Origin: Fonticula alba ATCC 38817
Lineage: Eukaryota; Protista; Nucleariida
NCBI GenBank assembly: GCA_000388065.2
Contig: KB932203.1
Strand: one strand, 5' to 3'
DNA length: 28,576 nucleotides
This document shows positions 10,284 through 20,026 of the stretch, in pieces (within the stretch, counting starts at the first letter, position 1; every line of letters begins with the position of its first letter). The translations under genes were made by a program, and so were the position numbers. A model generated the notes under the pieces. It was not told the DNA's origin, did no database searches, and was given only the letters and a program-made list of their open reading frames with translations.

Positions 10284-12275
10284 ATGAACCGCGCCCTCCC
10301 CCTCCGCTCCTTCTCCACGCTGGCCCGCGTCGCGTGCGTCCGCCTGCCCTTCCCGCTGGCCCTGCCTCTGAGGCCGGCCTGCCCCTGCTGACACGCACGC
10401 CCCCTCCCCCCCCTGTCCCTTCTTGCCATTCTCCGCGCTTGCCCATGCGGCCCCCTCGCTTGCGCGGGTCAGCTTTTCGGCCGGCCGCGCCCCGGTCGCC
10501 GCCCCGATGATGCGCTCCCCCGCGGCCGCCGTCCTCGGGTCGCCCTCCTTCGGCTTCTTCGCCTCTCGTTTCTATTCCTGTTCGTTGAGATGGCGCCCCG
10601 CCCCCCCCCCCCCCCCCCCTCGAGCCCCACGCACCCGACCGCCGGTGTGCCTGTGTGTGTACCATGCTCTGACCCACTGGACCATCCCCAGCCTACCCCC
10701 GCCACGAGAAGATCCTGATGCCCATGCTGTCGCCCTCCATGTCCGAGGGTGCCGTGGCCTCCTGGACCAAGCAGGAGGGCGATGAGATCACCGCCGGCGA
10801 CACCATCGCCAGCATTGAGACCGACAAGACCGCCGTCGACCTCAACTACCACGAGGATGCCTTCCTGGCGCGCATTCTCCTGCCCGCCGGCGAGACCGTT
10901 CCCGTCCTGACCGTTCGTGCCCTGTGCCTTCCGGCCGCTGCTCCCTGTCGCCCCCCTCTGCCCTTCGCTCACACGCACGCACGCACTCACACACACACAC
11001 ACACAGCCCATCGGCATCGTCACCTTCGACAAGGACGACATTGCCGCCTTCAAGGACTACAAGGGCGAGGAGGAGGAGGCCGCCAAGCCTGCCGCCCCGG
11101 CCGCCGCCGCCCCCACTCCCGCCCCGGCCGCCGCCGCCGCCCCCACCCCCACCCCGGCCGCCGCCCCGGCCGCTGCCTCTGTCGCCACCACCGGCGCCGG
11201 TGGCCGCATCCTGGCCAGCCCCGTGGCTCGGAAGATCGCCCGCGAGAACAGCCTCGACCTGGCCCAGATCGCCGGCACCGGCCCGAATGGCCGCATTGTC
11301 AAGTACGACGTGCTGGAGTTCCTGGAGTCGGGTGCTGCCGCCGCCGCCCCGGCCGCCGTCCCGGCCGCCGTCCCGGCCGCCGCCCCGGTGGCCGCCAAGG
11401 CCGCCGCCCCGGTCTACCCCCCGGCCAACGACGACTACACCGAGATCCCGGTGTCCAACATCCGCGGTGTGATTGCCTCTCGCCTGCTCGAGGCCAAGAC
11501 CACCATCCCGCACTTCTACCTGACCTCGGACATCTGCATGGATGCCGTGCTGAAGCTGCGCAAGGAGCTCAACGCCCAGGCCGAGTCTTCGCTGTCGGTC
11601 AACGACTTCATCATCAAGGCCGCCTCCCGGGCCCTCCTCCGCGTCCCGGAGGCCAACAGCGCCTGGGCCGGCAGCGTCATCCGTCGGTATGTCGGCCTTT
11701 TCCACCCGCACCCTCTGCCTTTCCTGTGCCGCTGGTGGTTGTGCATCATCACACGCGCACACTTCCCTCCCCCCCCCCCACCTCTCTCTCTCGCATGTGC
11801 TCACACAGTCATGTCGCCCGGCCGCCGCCGCCGCCCTCCTCCCAGCTACACCAATGCCGACATCTCGGTTGCCGTGGCCACCGACAACGGCCTGATTACC
11901 CCGATTGTCCGGAACGCCAACCAGCTCGGCCTGGAGTCCATCAGCACCACCGTCAAGGATCTGGCCACCCGCGCTCGTGCCGGGCGCCTGGCCCCTGCCG
12001 AGTTCCAGGGCGGCACCTTCACCATCAGCAACCTGGGCATGTTCGGTGTGCGCGACTTCGCCGCCATCATCAACCCCCCGCAGTCGTGCATTCTGGCCGT
12101 CGGCACTGTTGAGCGCCGCGTCGTCCCGGCTGCCGACTCCGATGCCATCACCACCAAGCAGATGATGAGCGTCACCCTGAGCTGCGACCACCGTGTGGTT
12201 GACGGCGCCGTCGGTGCTCGCTGGCTCCAGGAGTTCAAGGCCTTCCTGGAGAACCCCATCCGCATGCTGATGTAA
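10284..12275 (+). CDS. DLAT: Dihydrolipoyllysine-residue acetyltransferase (E2) of mitochondrial pyruvate dehydrogenase, 495 aa. Exons 10284-10333, 10473-10579, 10692-10912, 11007-11686, 11846-12275
   Basis: Arg/Ser-rich presequence MNRALPLRSFSTLAR; single lipoyl domain (MPMLSPSMSEG...IETDKT); Ala/Pro linkers; E1/E3-binding domain (ASPVARKIARE...GTGPNGRI); catalytic domain (IPHFYL, FQGGTFTISNLGMFG, AIINPPQSCILAVG, SCDHRVVDGA). Four GT-AG introns with consistent phases. Confidence 0.96.
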
Positions 12276-13013
12276 GCGCGCGCAGCCGGTCGCATCCGCG
12301 CCCCGCTCTCGCCGCGCGCACCCTCCCCCCCCCCTCTCTCCTCTTTGTCTCCCCGTGCTGCCGCCTTGCGTCTCGGCGGGCGGAGCCCCGGACCGTGGGG
12401 GGGGGGGTGGGGGGGGGTGAGCAATAAGTGGCTTTTGTGGTCGCCCTCCGCCCAATGCCACGCGAAAGTGGGCGGGAAGAAACCCCCAAGGAAACAGCGT
12501 GAAAGAGGAGCCATGCGTCGGGCGATGCCCTGCCATGACGCTTCTTCCATCTCTTTACCCTCTCCTCGCCGCTGCCCTTTCCTCCCCATTTCCCTCCCCC
12601 TCTCTGCATTTGGTGTTGGCGGCGCCCCCCTCGGGCATCGTTCCCCCCCACCAGGAGGGCGGAGACGGCCTTGTGCGTGCGCGACTCTCCCCACTCTCCG
12701 AGACGACCGGTGACGAAAGGCAGCGCCTCTCCCTCCCTCCCCCCCCCTGATTCTCTCTCTCTCTCTCTCTCCTGGTCTTCCGCCCTCCTCCTCAGACATA
12801 TAACATCTAATATAGCCTAATTATCCAGACACATCCTGCCGCGTTGTGCCGTCGTGTCATATCTATGCGACTCGCCCGGGCTGGCGCCGGGTGGTCCGGG
12901 GGGGGGGGAGGGAGGGGGGAAAGGATGATGATGTGGAGCCTGAGTGCCTGACCTGGCCATTTGGCCCTCTCGGGATTGTGCACACCGCCCGTGCGTAGAG
13001 ATGTGCATTCATC

Positions 13014-13025
13014 TATTTAAATAAA
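13014..13025 (+). promoter_or_regulatory. AT-rich element TATTTAAATAAA: poly(A) signal of DLAT or TATA-like element of XAP5
   Basis: Overlapping TATTTAAA and AATAAA (13020-13025) in a rare AT-rich island between two + strand genes. The role cannot be decided from sequence. Confidence 0.35.
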
Positions 13026-13390
13026 TGGGCATGTATATGCGCGGTGGGATTGCCCTTCGCCGGCCTTTTGTGTGACCCCCGGGTACCAGGCGCCTCCGGC
13101 GACGGGGGCGGGGGGGCGCTAGCCTGGGAAAGGCGCCTTGCACATGATCCCCGCGTGATCAAGGCCGATCTGCGGCCGCCCAACCGCAGGGGCCCGGCAC
13201 ACCGTGCAGCCGGGACTCGAGAGGGAGCGCCCGCGCGCCGGATCCCGCTTGCTCACACACCCTTCCCCGTTGCCTGCTGTTTTCGCGCCCCAATTTCCCC
13301 CCCACCTCCCTCCTCTCCCTCTCTTTCTCCCTCTTCCTCCCTCCTCCTTCCGTTTCGCCTTGCGTGCTGCTCCTCACCCCTTCCGAGAAG

Positions 13391-13600
13391 ATGGACCGCA
13401 TTCGCCGCCTTGAGCGCCAGCGCCAGATCGAGCAGGAGGACCGCGAGCGCCTCCGCTCCAAGCAGTCCCAGGTGCGCGAGCGGGTTGCAAGCTCCCTGCC
13501 CTTCCCCCTGCCCCTCTTTGATTCCCTCTCCGGCCTGCTTGCCGGGCCTCCAGCCCGCGACCTTCGCTGATCCCCCCCCCCCCCCCCCCGCCCCCCCTCC

Positions 13601-13639
<39 letters not shown>

Positions 13640-14743
13640 TTTTGTTCCCCCCCCCGCCGCCTTTTCGCGGCCCCCCCCCCCGCCCCTCCCGTTTCCCCCC
13701 CCCCCCCCCCTGTCCTCCCTTCCCCTGCCTCTCCGCTCGGCGCGCAGGAATCCTCCAAGCTTGTCAAGAATGACTTCACCTCATCTAGCCCGGCCAGCTC
13801 CTCGTCCTCGGTCACCCCCCTCAAGGCCGTGGGGCTGGTGTCGCTGTCGGAGTACGAGCAGCGCGAGGCAGCCCTCGGGGACCGGCTGGCCGCCGAGGCG
13901 ACCGCCAACGCCACCGGCACCCGCACCGGCACCCTGACCGGGCGGCTGGCCAAGCGGGCAGCCGAGCCCGGAGCCTCGGCCGGCGGCTCGCGGGGCGTGG
14001 CCAAGCGCCCGGCCAAGAAGGCCAAGCTCTCCTTCGACGATGATGATGACGACGGCGGAGGGGAGGCGGTGCCGGTGCGGCGCGGCTCGCCGGCCGCCAG
14101 CGGCTCGGCCGGCGCCGCGACAACCCCCGACGATGATGCTGGCCAGACCGGCGCGGCCGCGCCGGCCGGTGGCCTTCGCCTCGGCAAGAACCCCAATGTG
14201 GACACATCCTTCCTGCCGGATGCCGAGCGCGAGGCGGCCGAGCAGCGCGAGCGCGAGGAGCTGGCCGCCAAGTGGCGCCAGCAGCAGGAGGCCATGAAGG
14301 CCGAGCCCATTCAAATTACATACTCCTTCTGGGACGGGTCCGGGCACCGGGCATCGGTGGAAGTGCGCAAGGGCGACTCGATTGCCACCTTCCTGGACCG
14401 GGCGCGGCGGGAGTTCGACCAGCTGCGCGGGGTGCCGGTGGACAACCTCCTCTACATCAAGGAGGATCTCATCATCCCGCACCATTACACCTTCTATGAC
14501 TTCATCGTCAACCGGGCGCGTGGTAAGTCCGGGCCGCTCTTCCACTTTGATGTGCGGGAGGATGTGCGCCTGGCGGCCGACGCGCGCGTCGAGCGCGACG
14601 AGTCCCACGCCGGCAAGGTGTGCGAGCGCCGGTGGTACGAGCGCAACAAGCACATCTTCCCGGCCAGCCGGTGGGAGGTGTACGACCCGGAGAAGGACTA
14701 CGGCGCGTACACCATCGGCGACCGGACCCGTGCCAACCAGTGA
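13391..14743 (+). CDS. FAM50: XAP5/FAM50 family nuclear protein, about 358 aa. Exons 13391-13471, 13748-14743
   Basis: Family motifs [99 protein letters not shown]. Phase-0 intron GTGCGC..CAG. The start codon is uncertain because the ATG follows a pyrimidine tract ending in AG, so a further upstream exon is possible. Confidence 0.93.
13572..13639. repeat. Interrupted poly-C tract in the FAM50 intron
   Basis: Direct reading. Confidence 0.95.
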
Positions 14744-15163
14744 TGGCCGCCGGCGGGAGGGGGCCCTCTGCGTCTGCCTGCCCCGCCCCGAGCGGGGGAG
14801 GGGGGGGGGGGGAGGAGATGGTACATGGCCATCGGCTCCGCCCTCTCCTCCCCGTTGGCCCCCACTCGGCTCTCGCTCTGTGTGTGTGTGTGTGTGTCCG
14901 CGTGCGAATAGACAGCGACGCAAATGGAGCTGACTGTCTGCTGGCTGGCCTTGCCTGGCATGCCCCTCCTCTGGCCCGTGCTCCGGGGCCTTTTTCTTCT
15001 TTTTTGGCCCACGGCCGGGCCACCGGGAGGGGCGATGCTGCGACGTGGTGCGCTGCCGTCCGGTGTGCCGCGCCAGCGCGACCGCCAGCTGGCTGAGCCC
15101 AAGTCCTGGGCGATGTCTCGCTGGCGGCCCTGAGTGCATGGGCGAGGCGCTGTACACGGGGCT

Positions 15164-15166
<3 letters not shown>

Positions 15167-15254
<88 letters not shown>
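15167..15254. repeat. 88-nt poly-G homopolymer
   Basis: Direct reading. True length is uncertain because homopolymers are error-prone in sequencing. Confidence 0.9.
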
Positions 15255-16866
15255 CGGCGACGCCGATGCACAGAGGAAGCCAGCGATGGGCAGACGGATT
15301 GTCCGGTCGGGCGTCTGAGACGGCTGGGATGTGCGCAGTTGGCGGCCCACGCCGGCCGAGCGAGCATGGGGCTGCCGCCGGGCGCGGGGTGGTGTGGCAC
15401 CTGCCCTTGACGGCGCTCCCTGCCCCCCCCCCCTCCCCCCCCGGTTGAGGCCCCCTGCAGTCCCTGTCATGGCGGCTGCCGAGCTCGGCCGGGGTGATTG
15501 CCCCGGGCCCGGGGTCTCCACGGCGGGGCACCCTCCGGCCGGGAGCCGAGCCATTCGGGGCCAGCCGGACACCCGAAGCACACGCCCTTGCCTCGGGCTG
15601 TGGGAGTCATGCGCGTGCGTCATACGCAGGAGGAGCGGGGCAGAGTGCGTGTGGGCGTGCATTCGCATGTGCCTGTGGGGGGAGGTCCTGCCACTGCGGC
15701 CAGTCGGCCTGCGCATCGCGAGCCCGAGCCCGGCACCGATCCGGGACTTGCTGCGGCTGGCAAGGGAACCGAGGGCACTGCCACCATGCCGGCTGTCTGG
15801 CATGCCGCTGCCGGGATAATCCGGGCGCCTGGCGCGATGTGGGCATGTCGGGGTGGCGTCGAGCGGGGGGCAATGTGCCTCGCCCGCCGATCCGGCTAAC
15901 CGGGCATACTGGCAACGGCAGCCGGGCGGCTGGCGTGGGAAAGGGAGCAGCCCCTGTGCTGCGCGGGGGCCGGCCGAAGCGCGAGAGGGCGGCACCTGGA
16001 AGGGGCGCCGGGGCATCTGCCCGCGCGTGTTGCCCCGAGACATGGGGGGCCGCAGGCCGAGAGGGCAGCAGGGGGATGGGAGGGCGGGAAGGCGCGGGGC
16101 GGGCGCAAAGTGACCGAGTGCTTGGCCGGCCGGTCGACCATCCGGCGGGGGGCCGCGGCGTCCGGGCCGAAGGCTGCAGCCCATATCGGTCGACTGGTGC
16201 AGGGCGAGCTGGCCTGGATCCGGTGTTAGAGCGGGCGAGGGGGAGGGTGTCCGCCGGGCAGCGGTCTTTCCCGTACCGGCGAGGCTGCTCGGCGCTGCGG
16301 GCCCATCTGGTTGAGGTGACCGTCGGGGTCCTGGTGTGTATGTGTGTGTGTGTGGGGGGGGGGGGGGGGAAGGGCGTGTATGTCCCTCCCCATGCAGGCT
16401 GAGGCGGATGTCTCAGCAGGCGAAGTGCCGGTGTGGCGGTGGCGGAAGACGTGGCGGTGTCATGGGGGGGCCGGGGGCTGCCTCAAGGTCGTCCCCTCGG
16501 GAAGGTGGGGCCGAGGGGCGGGCAGCGTTGGCCCGACCTGCGGCCCGCGATCTGATCACATCGCCCTCCCCCGGGTGATGGGGCCAAAAGGCCGACCGGA
16601 TCTGCGCGGGAGGCCCCCGGGGCCGCCTGTGGACTGCTTCACAAAAGTGTCGGCATGTGGAGAACTGACGGCCACCAAAAGGCCGGGGGGCGGGGGGATG
16701 TGCATCAGCCAAGACTGCGGCCGGCCTTCGGCATCGGGGCCCAGCCACGGCTGCCGGGGCTTTTGTTTGCCGCCCATCCAGTTGGCAGTTTCCTGCGGGG
16801 CCCCGCGCCGGCGTGTCAGCGGCCATTCCTTTTGACCAAACACACTGCCCCCCCCCCCCCCCCCCC

Positions 16867-16971
16867 NNNNNNNNNNNNNNNNNNNNNNNNNNNNNNNNNN
16901 NNNNNNNNNNNNNNNNNNNNNNNNNNNNNNNNNNNNNNNNNNNNNNNNNNNNNNNNNNNNNNNNNNNNNNN
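16867..16971. other. Assembly gap (105 N) flanked by poly-C
   Basis: Run of N. Confidence 0.99.
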
Positions 16972-17351
16972 CCCCCCCCCGCTCCCCGTCGCACGACGGT
17001 GCCGCTGCCCATCTCCTTGCCGGGGCACCGGGCGCGGCGAAGCAAGGTTGTATATTTTTTTGACACGCCTCAGAGGCACTGCAAGGGCAAAGGCGCTGGG
17101 GCAATCCCGCCTGCCCCCCTGCCGAGGCAGGGGAAGCACGCCAGGATGGGGGCCACACAGGCGGGAGGCACAGGCACCGGGCGAAGAGACGCCCGGAGGG
17201 GAAAGGGGGCGCAGAAGGTAGCATTGCGCAGCCATTTGGCCTCGTCGGGCATCCTGATACATGGAAGGACAGGGGGAGCGAAGAGAGCGAATAGAGGGGG
17301 GGGGGGGAGGAGGGGGCAGAAGGAGGGCAAGCAAAGTGGCGAAGCCGGCAT

Positions 17352-19177
17352 TCAAGCCCAGCCGGCGAAGTTGGTCAGCCCGGCGACGGAGGCCACATTG
17401 GAGGGGGCCCAGTCCGGGGTGAGCATGAAGGTCGGAATCCGGACCAGGTCCTTGAAGGTGGCGTAGCGCTCGTTCAGGGTCGACCGGAGGTACTGGTAGC
17501 CGGAGCTGCCGCCGGTGCCCGGGCGGCTGCCGATCATCATCTGCACCATCTGCGAGTGGGAGAAGCGCCATCGGGTGATGGACATGTCCAGCTCGACGAT
17601 GGCATTGAGCAGCTGGTGCGGCGCGCTCAGCTGGTCCACCCGGGGGTAGAACATCTTGACCAGCACCGCGGCCTTCAGGGCCCGGTGGGTCATGGTGTAA
17701 ATGGGGGTGGCCGGGAGACCGGTGGCATCGCTGCGAGCCGACACCGAGGCATACTCATCCGCATCGATCAGCATCTTGAAGTAATCCTCGCTGGCCTTGA
17801 GGCTGGTGAGCAGGTGCTCGCGGTGCTCGTCGGAGATTTTCTTGTCCTGTGCCAGGCGGCCCGGAGGGGGTGGGGGAGGCAACCGCGGGGTCCCGGGAGG
17901 GCGAGGGGGCAAGGCGAGGGGGGAAGGCCCGGGGCGGGGGATGCACCGGGCGGCAAAAGCAGCGAGCGGGTCAGCGAGCGGGTCAGCGAGGGGCCCGGAG
18001 GCGTGAGCTGTCGCGGGGGAGGGGCGCGCCCGGGCCGGCGACCGCGGGGCAGCCAACGCACGTCCAGGATGGTCTTGCGCTGCTGGGTCAGCATCGAGTG
18101 GACACTCTGCTCGTAGGAGTTCCACAGGGTGTCGGTTTGGGAGGCGGCCTGGTCGCCATCGGGCCCAAGGGCGGGGCAGCGCTCCAGCCACTTGTTCAGG
18201 GCCTGGAACAGGTTGAGGTCCTGCTCGGACTGGATGATGCGCTTGCGGTCGTCATCGGAGAAGTAGTGCAGGTAGGACTCGCGCTGGTAGTCCAGCCGGT
18301 CAAGAGGGTTGAGCCCGGTGAGGTTCTCCAGAATGCGGAACTGCGCCGACTGGAAGCCGGAGGCCGGCATGAGCAGGTCGCTGTGCGTGTGCGTGTGCGT
18401 GTGCGTGTGCGTGTGCGTGTGCGTGTGCGTGTGCGTGTGCGTGTGAGTGAGTGCGTGTGAGTGGGTGCGTGTGTTCGCATGAAGGGGCAGGCGGAATGTA
18501 TCGGAAGGTTGGGGAAGTCAAGGGCGCGCGCTCTTTCTCCCACGCGCACGAAGGGGATCGGCGCAGGAGACACCCATGCATGGGTGCGAGTGGCCATGCG
18601 CAGGACAGACGCACCGGAACTCCAAAAACTCCAGCGGGTCCATGGACTTGAGGATGTTGAGCTTGGTGATGCAGAGGTCCATGATGCCGCGGCAGCGGTT
18701 GATGCGCCGGGTGGCCAGGGTCAGCCCGGCGGCGCTGGTGGTCGGCGCGCCGATGATGTCAATGGCACTGCGCAGATCGTGCAGGGCCTGCTTGAACCAG
18801 AGCTCGTGCGCCTGGTGCACCACGATGAAGAGGTGCTCGTCGTGCGCCTCGACCGGGCCGCCGGCCGGGTCGAGCCCCGGCCGCACGCGCGTCCGCGACT
18901 CCGGGTGCACCAGATCCAGGAGCTCCGGCACCCGCAGGTAGTCCGAGTAGTAGACGACCTTGTGCTGGTCGGCCGCGGCCGCGGTGGCCGGGTCCATGAC
19001 CACCGGCTCGCTGACCATGGTCTCGCCGAAGGAAACCACCGTGGTGGCGGCGGAGTCGATATTGGCGTCGCCATCGAAGGCGTACGTCTGCGCGGCGGGC
19101 TCCTCCTGGCTGATGGCCGAGGCCGCCAGGTAGGACTGCAGCTGGGTGACGTTGGAGTTTGCGAAGGGACAGGACAT
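17352..19177 (-). CDS. TDO2: Tryptophan 2,3-dioxygenase, eukaryotic long form, 458 aa. Exons 19177-18615, 18380-18062, 17846-17352
   Basis: Motifs YSDYL, HDEHLFIVVHQAHELWFKQ, FLEFRDLLMPASGFQSAQFRILE, KWLERCP, WRFSH (proximal heme His), MIGSRPGTGGSSGYQYLRST, RY..FKDL. Two GTGCGT..CAG introns with matching phases (2,0). Confidence 0.95.
18382..18441. repeat. (TGTGCG)10 hexanucleotide repeat in TDO intron 1, abutting the acceptor
   Basis: Ten perfect units; on - it reads (CGCACA)10 followed by G, forming the AG acceptor. Confidence 0.95.
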
Positions 19178-19468
19178 GGCGGTGGTGGTGGTGGTGGTGG
19201 TGGCGGTGGTGCGAGCGAGCGAGCGAGCGAGAGGGAGGGAAGGGGGGGGGAGGGAGGGGGGAGGATGGAAAGAGGGTGGTGCTCCGGCTGGCGACGGGGC
19301 TGGCACAGAGCGGGGAGCGAAAAATGGTCCGCACAGCGACCAGGTCGCGAGGGCCGTCACGGCAAGATGGCGCCAGCCGGGGGGCCCCCCTAGACCGCGG
19401 GCACCGGCCGAGAATTGGCCGCCCAGGCGGGGCAAGCCATAGTGTGAGACGGCCCGTGTATGCAAATG

Positions 19469-19470
<2 letters not shown>

Positions 19471-19522
<52 letters not shown>
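19471..19522. repeat. (TG)26 microsatellite upstream of TDO
   Basis: Direct reading. A short (GCCCGC)n run lies nearby at about 19606-19635. Confidence 0.95.
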
Positions 19523-19526
<4 letters not shown>

Positions 19527-19600
19527 TGTGTTTGCATGCGCCTGAGCGGGTGCGCCAGCGGACCGGCCGGAGCCGGTGTGACCGTCGACGGTCGGGGGGC

Positions 19601-19635
<35 letters not shown>

Positions 19636-20026
19636 CCCTTGCGGGCGAAGCATGTGTTGCGCCCGGATCCGGCTGCCACCCGACCCTGCCCCCCCCCCCC
19701 CCCCCCCCCCCCTCGCTCGGGCATGCTGCCGCCCCCGCCCCCTTCCTTTGCCTGCCCGCCCTCACCCAGCCCGGGGAATCCGCCTACATGAGGACCATCC
19801 GGCTGCCCTGGTCGGTCCCGGGCGGGGACGGCCCCACAGGCCTGCATGTGGGCACACCAATGCATGCACCACAGACATGCGCGCATGGCTGGGTATGCGT
19901 GTTTGCATGTGCACACATCTGTAGATGCCCAGAAAATGCTATCCCCCAGCACGGGCACACATACACACACACACACACACATGCATAGGTACAGGGGCAA
20001 TTTGTATTCGGCCAGGGGCCACACAC

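Noticed and set aside
8651-10429. 592-aa minus-strand ORF and the 317-aa ORF at 8868-9821
   Set aside because: They run through homopolymers and microsatellites. Only the 64-codon POLE block in the second ORF is recognisable, so neither is a credible full gene.
11687-11845. In-frame stop-free introns (DLAT intron 4; also 1027-1179) as possible regulated intron retention
   Set aside because: One third of introns are in frame by chance and stops are rare at this GC. The inserted peptide would disrupt the conserved E2 catalytic domain.
12925-12951. Box C (ATGATGA) followed by two CTGA box D motifs on +
   Set aside because: The boxes are only 9-17 nt apart, with no terminal stem and no recognisable antisense element.
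14508-16184. 558-aa and other poly-Pro or poly-Gly ORFs around the 88-G run
   Set aside because: Translations of a homopolymer in GC-rich non-coding DNA with no recognisable protein features.
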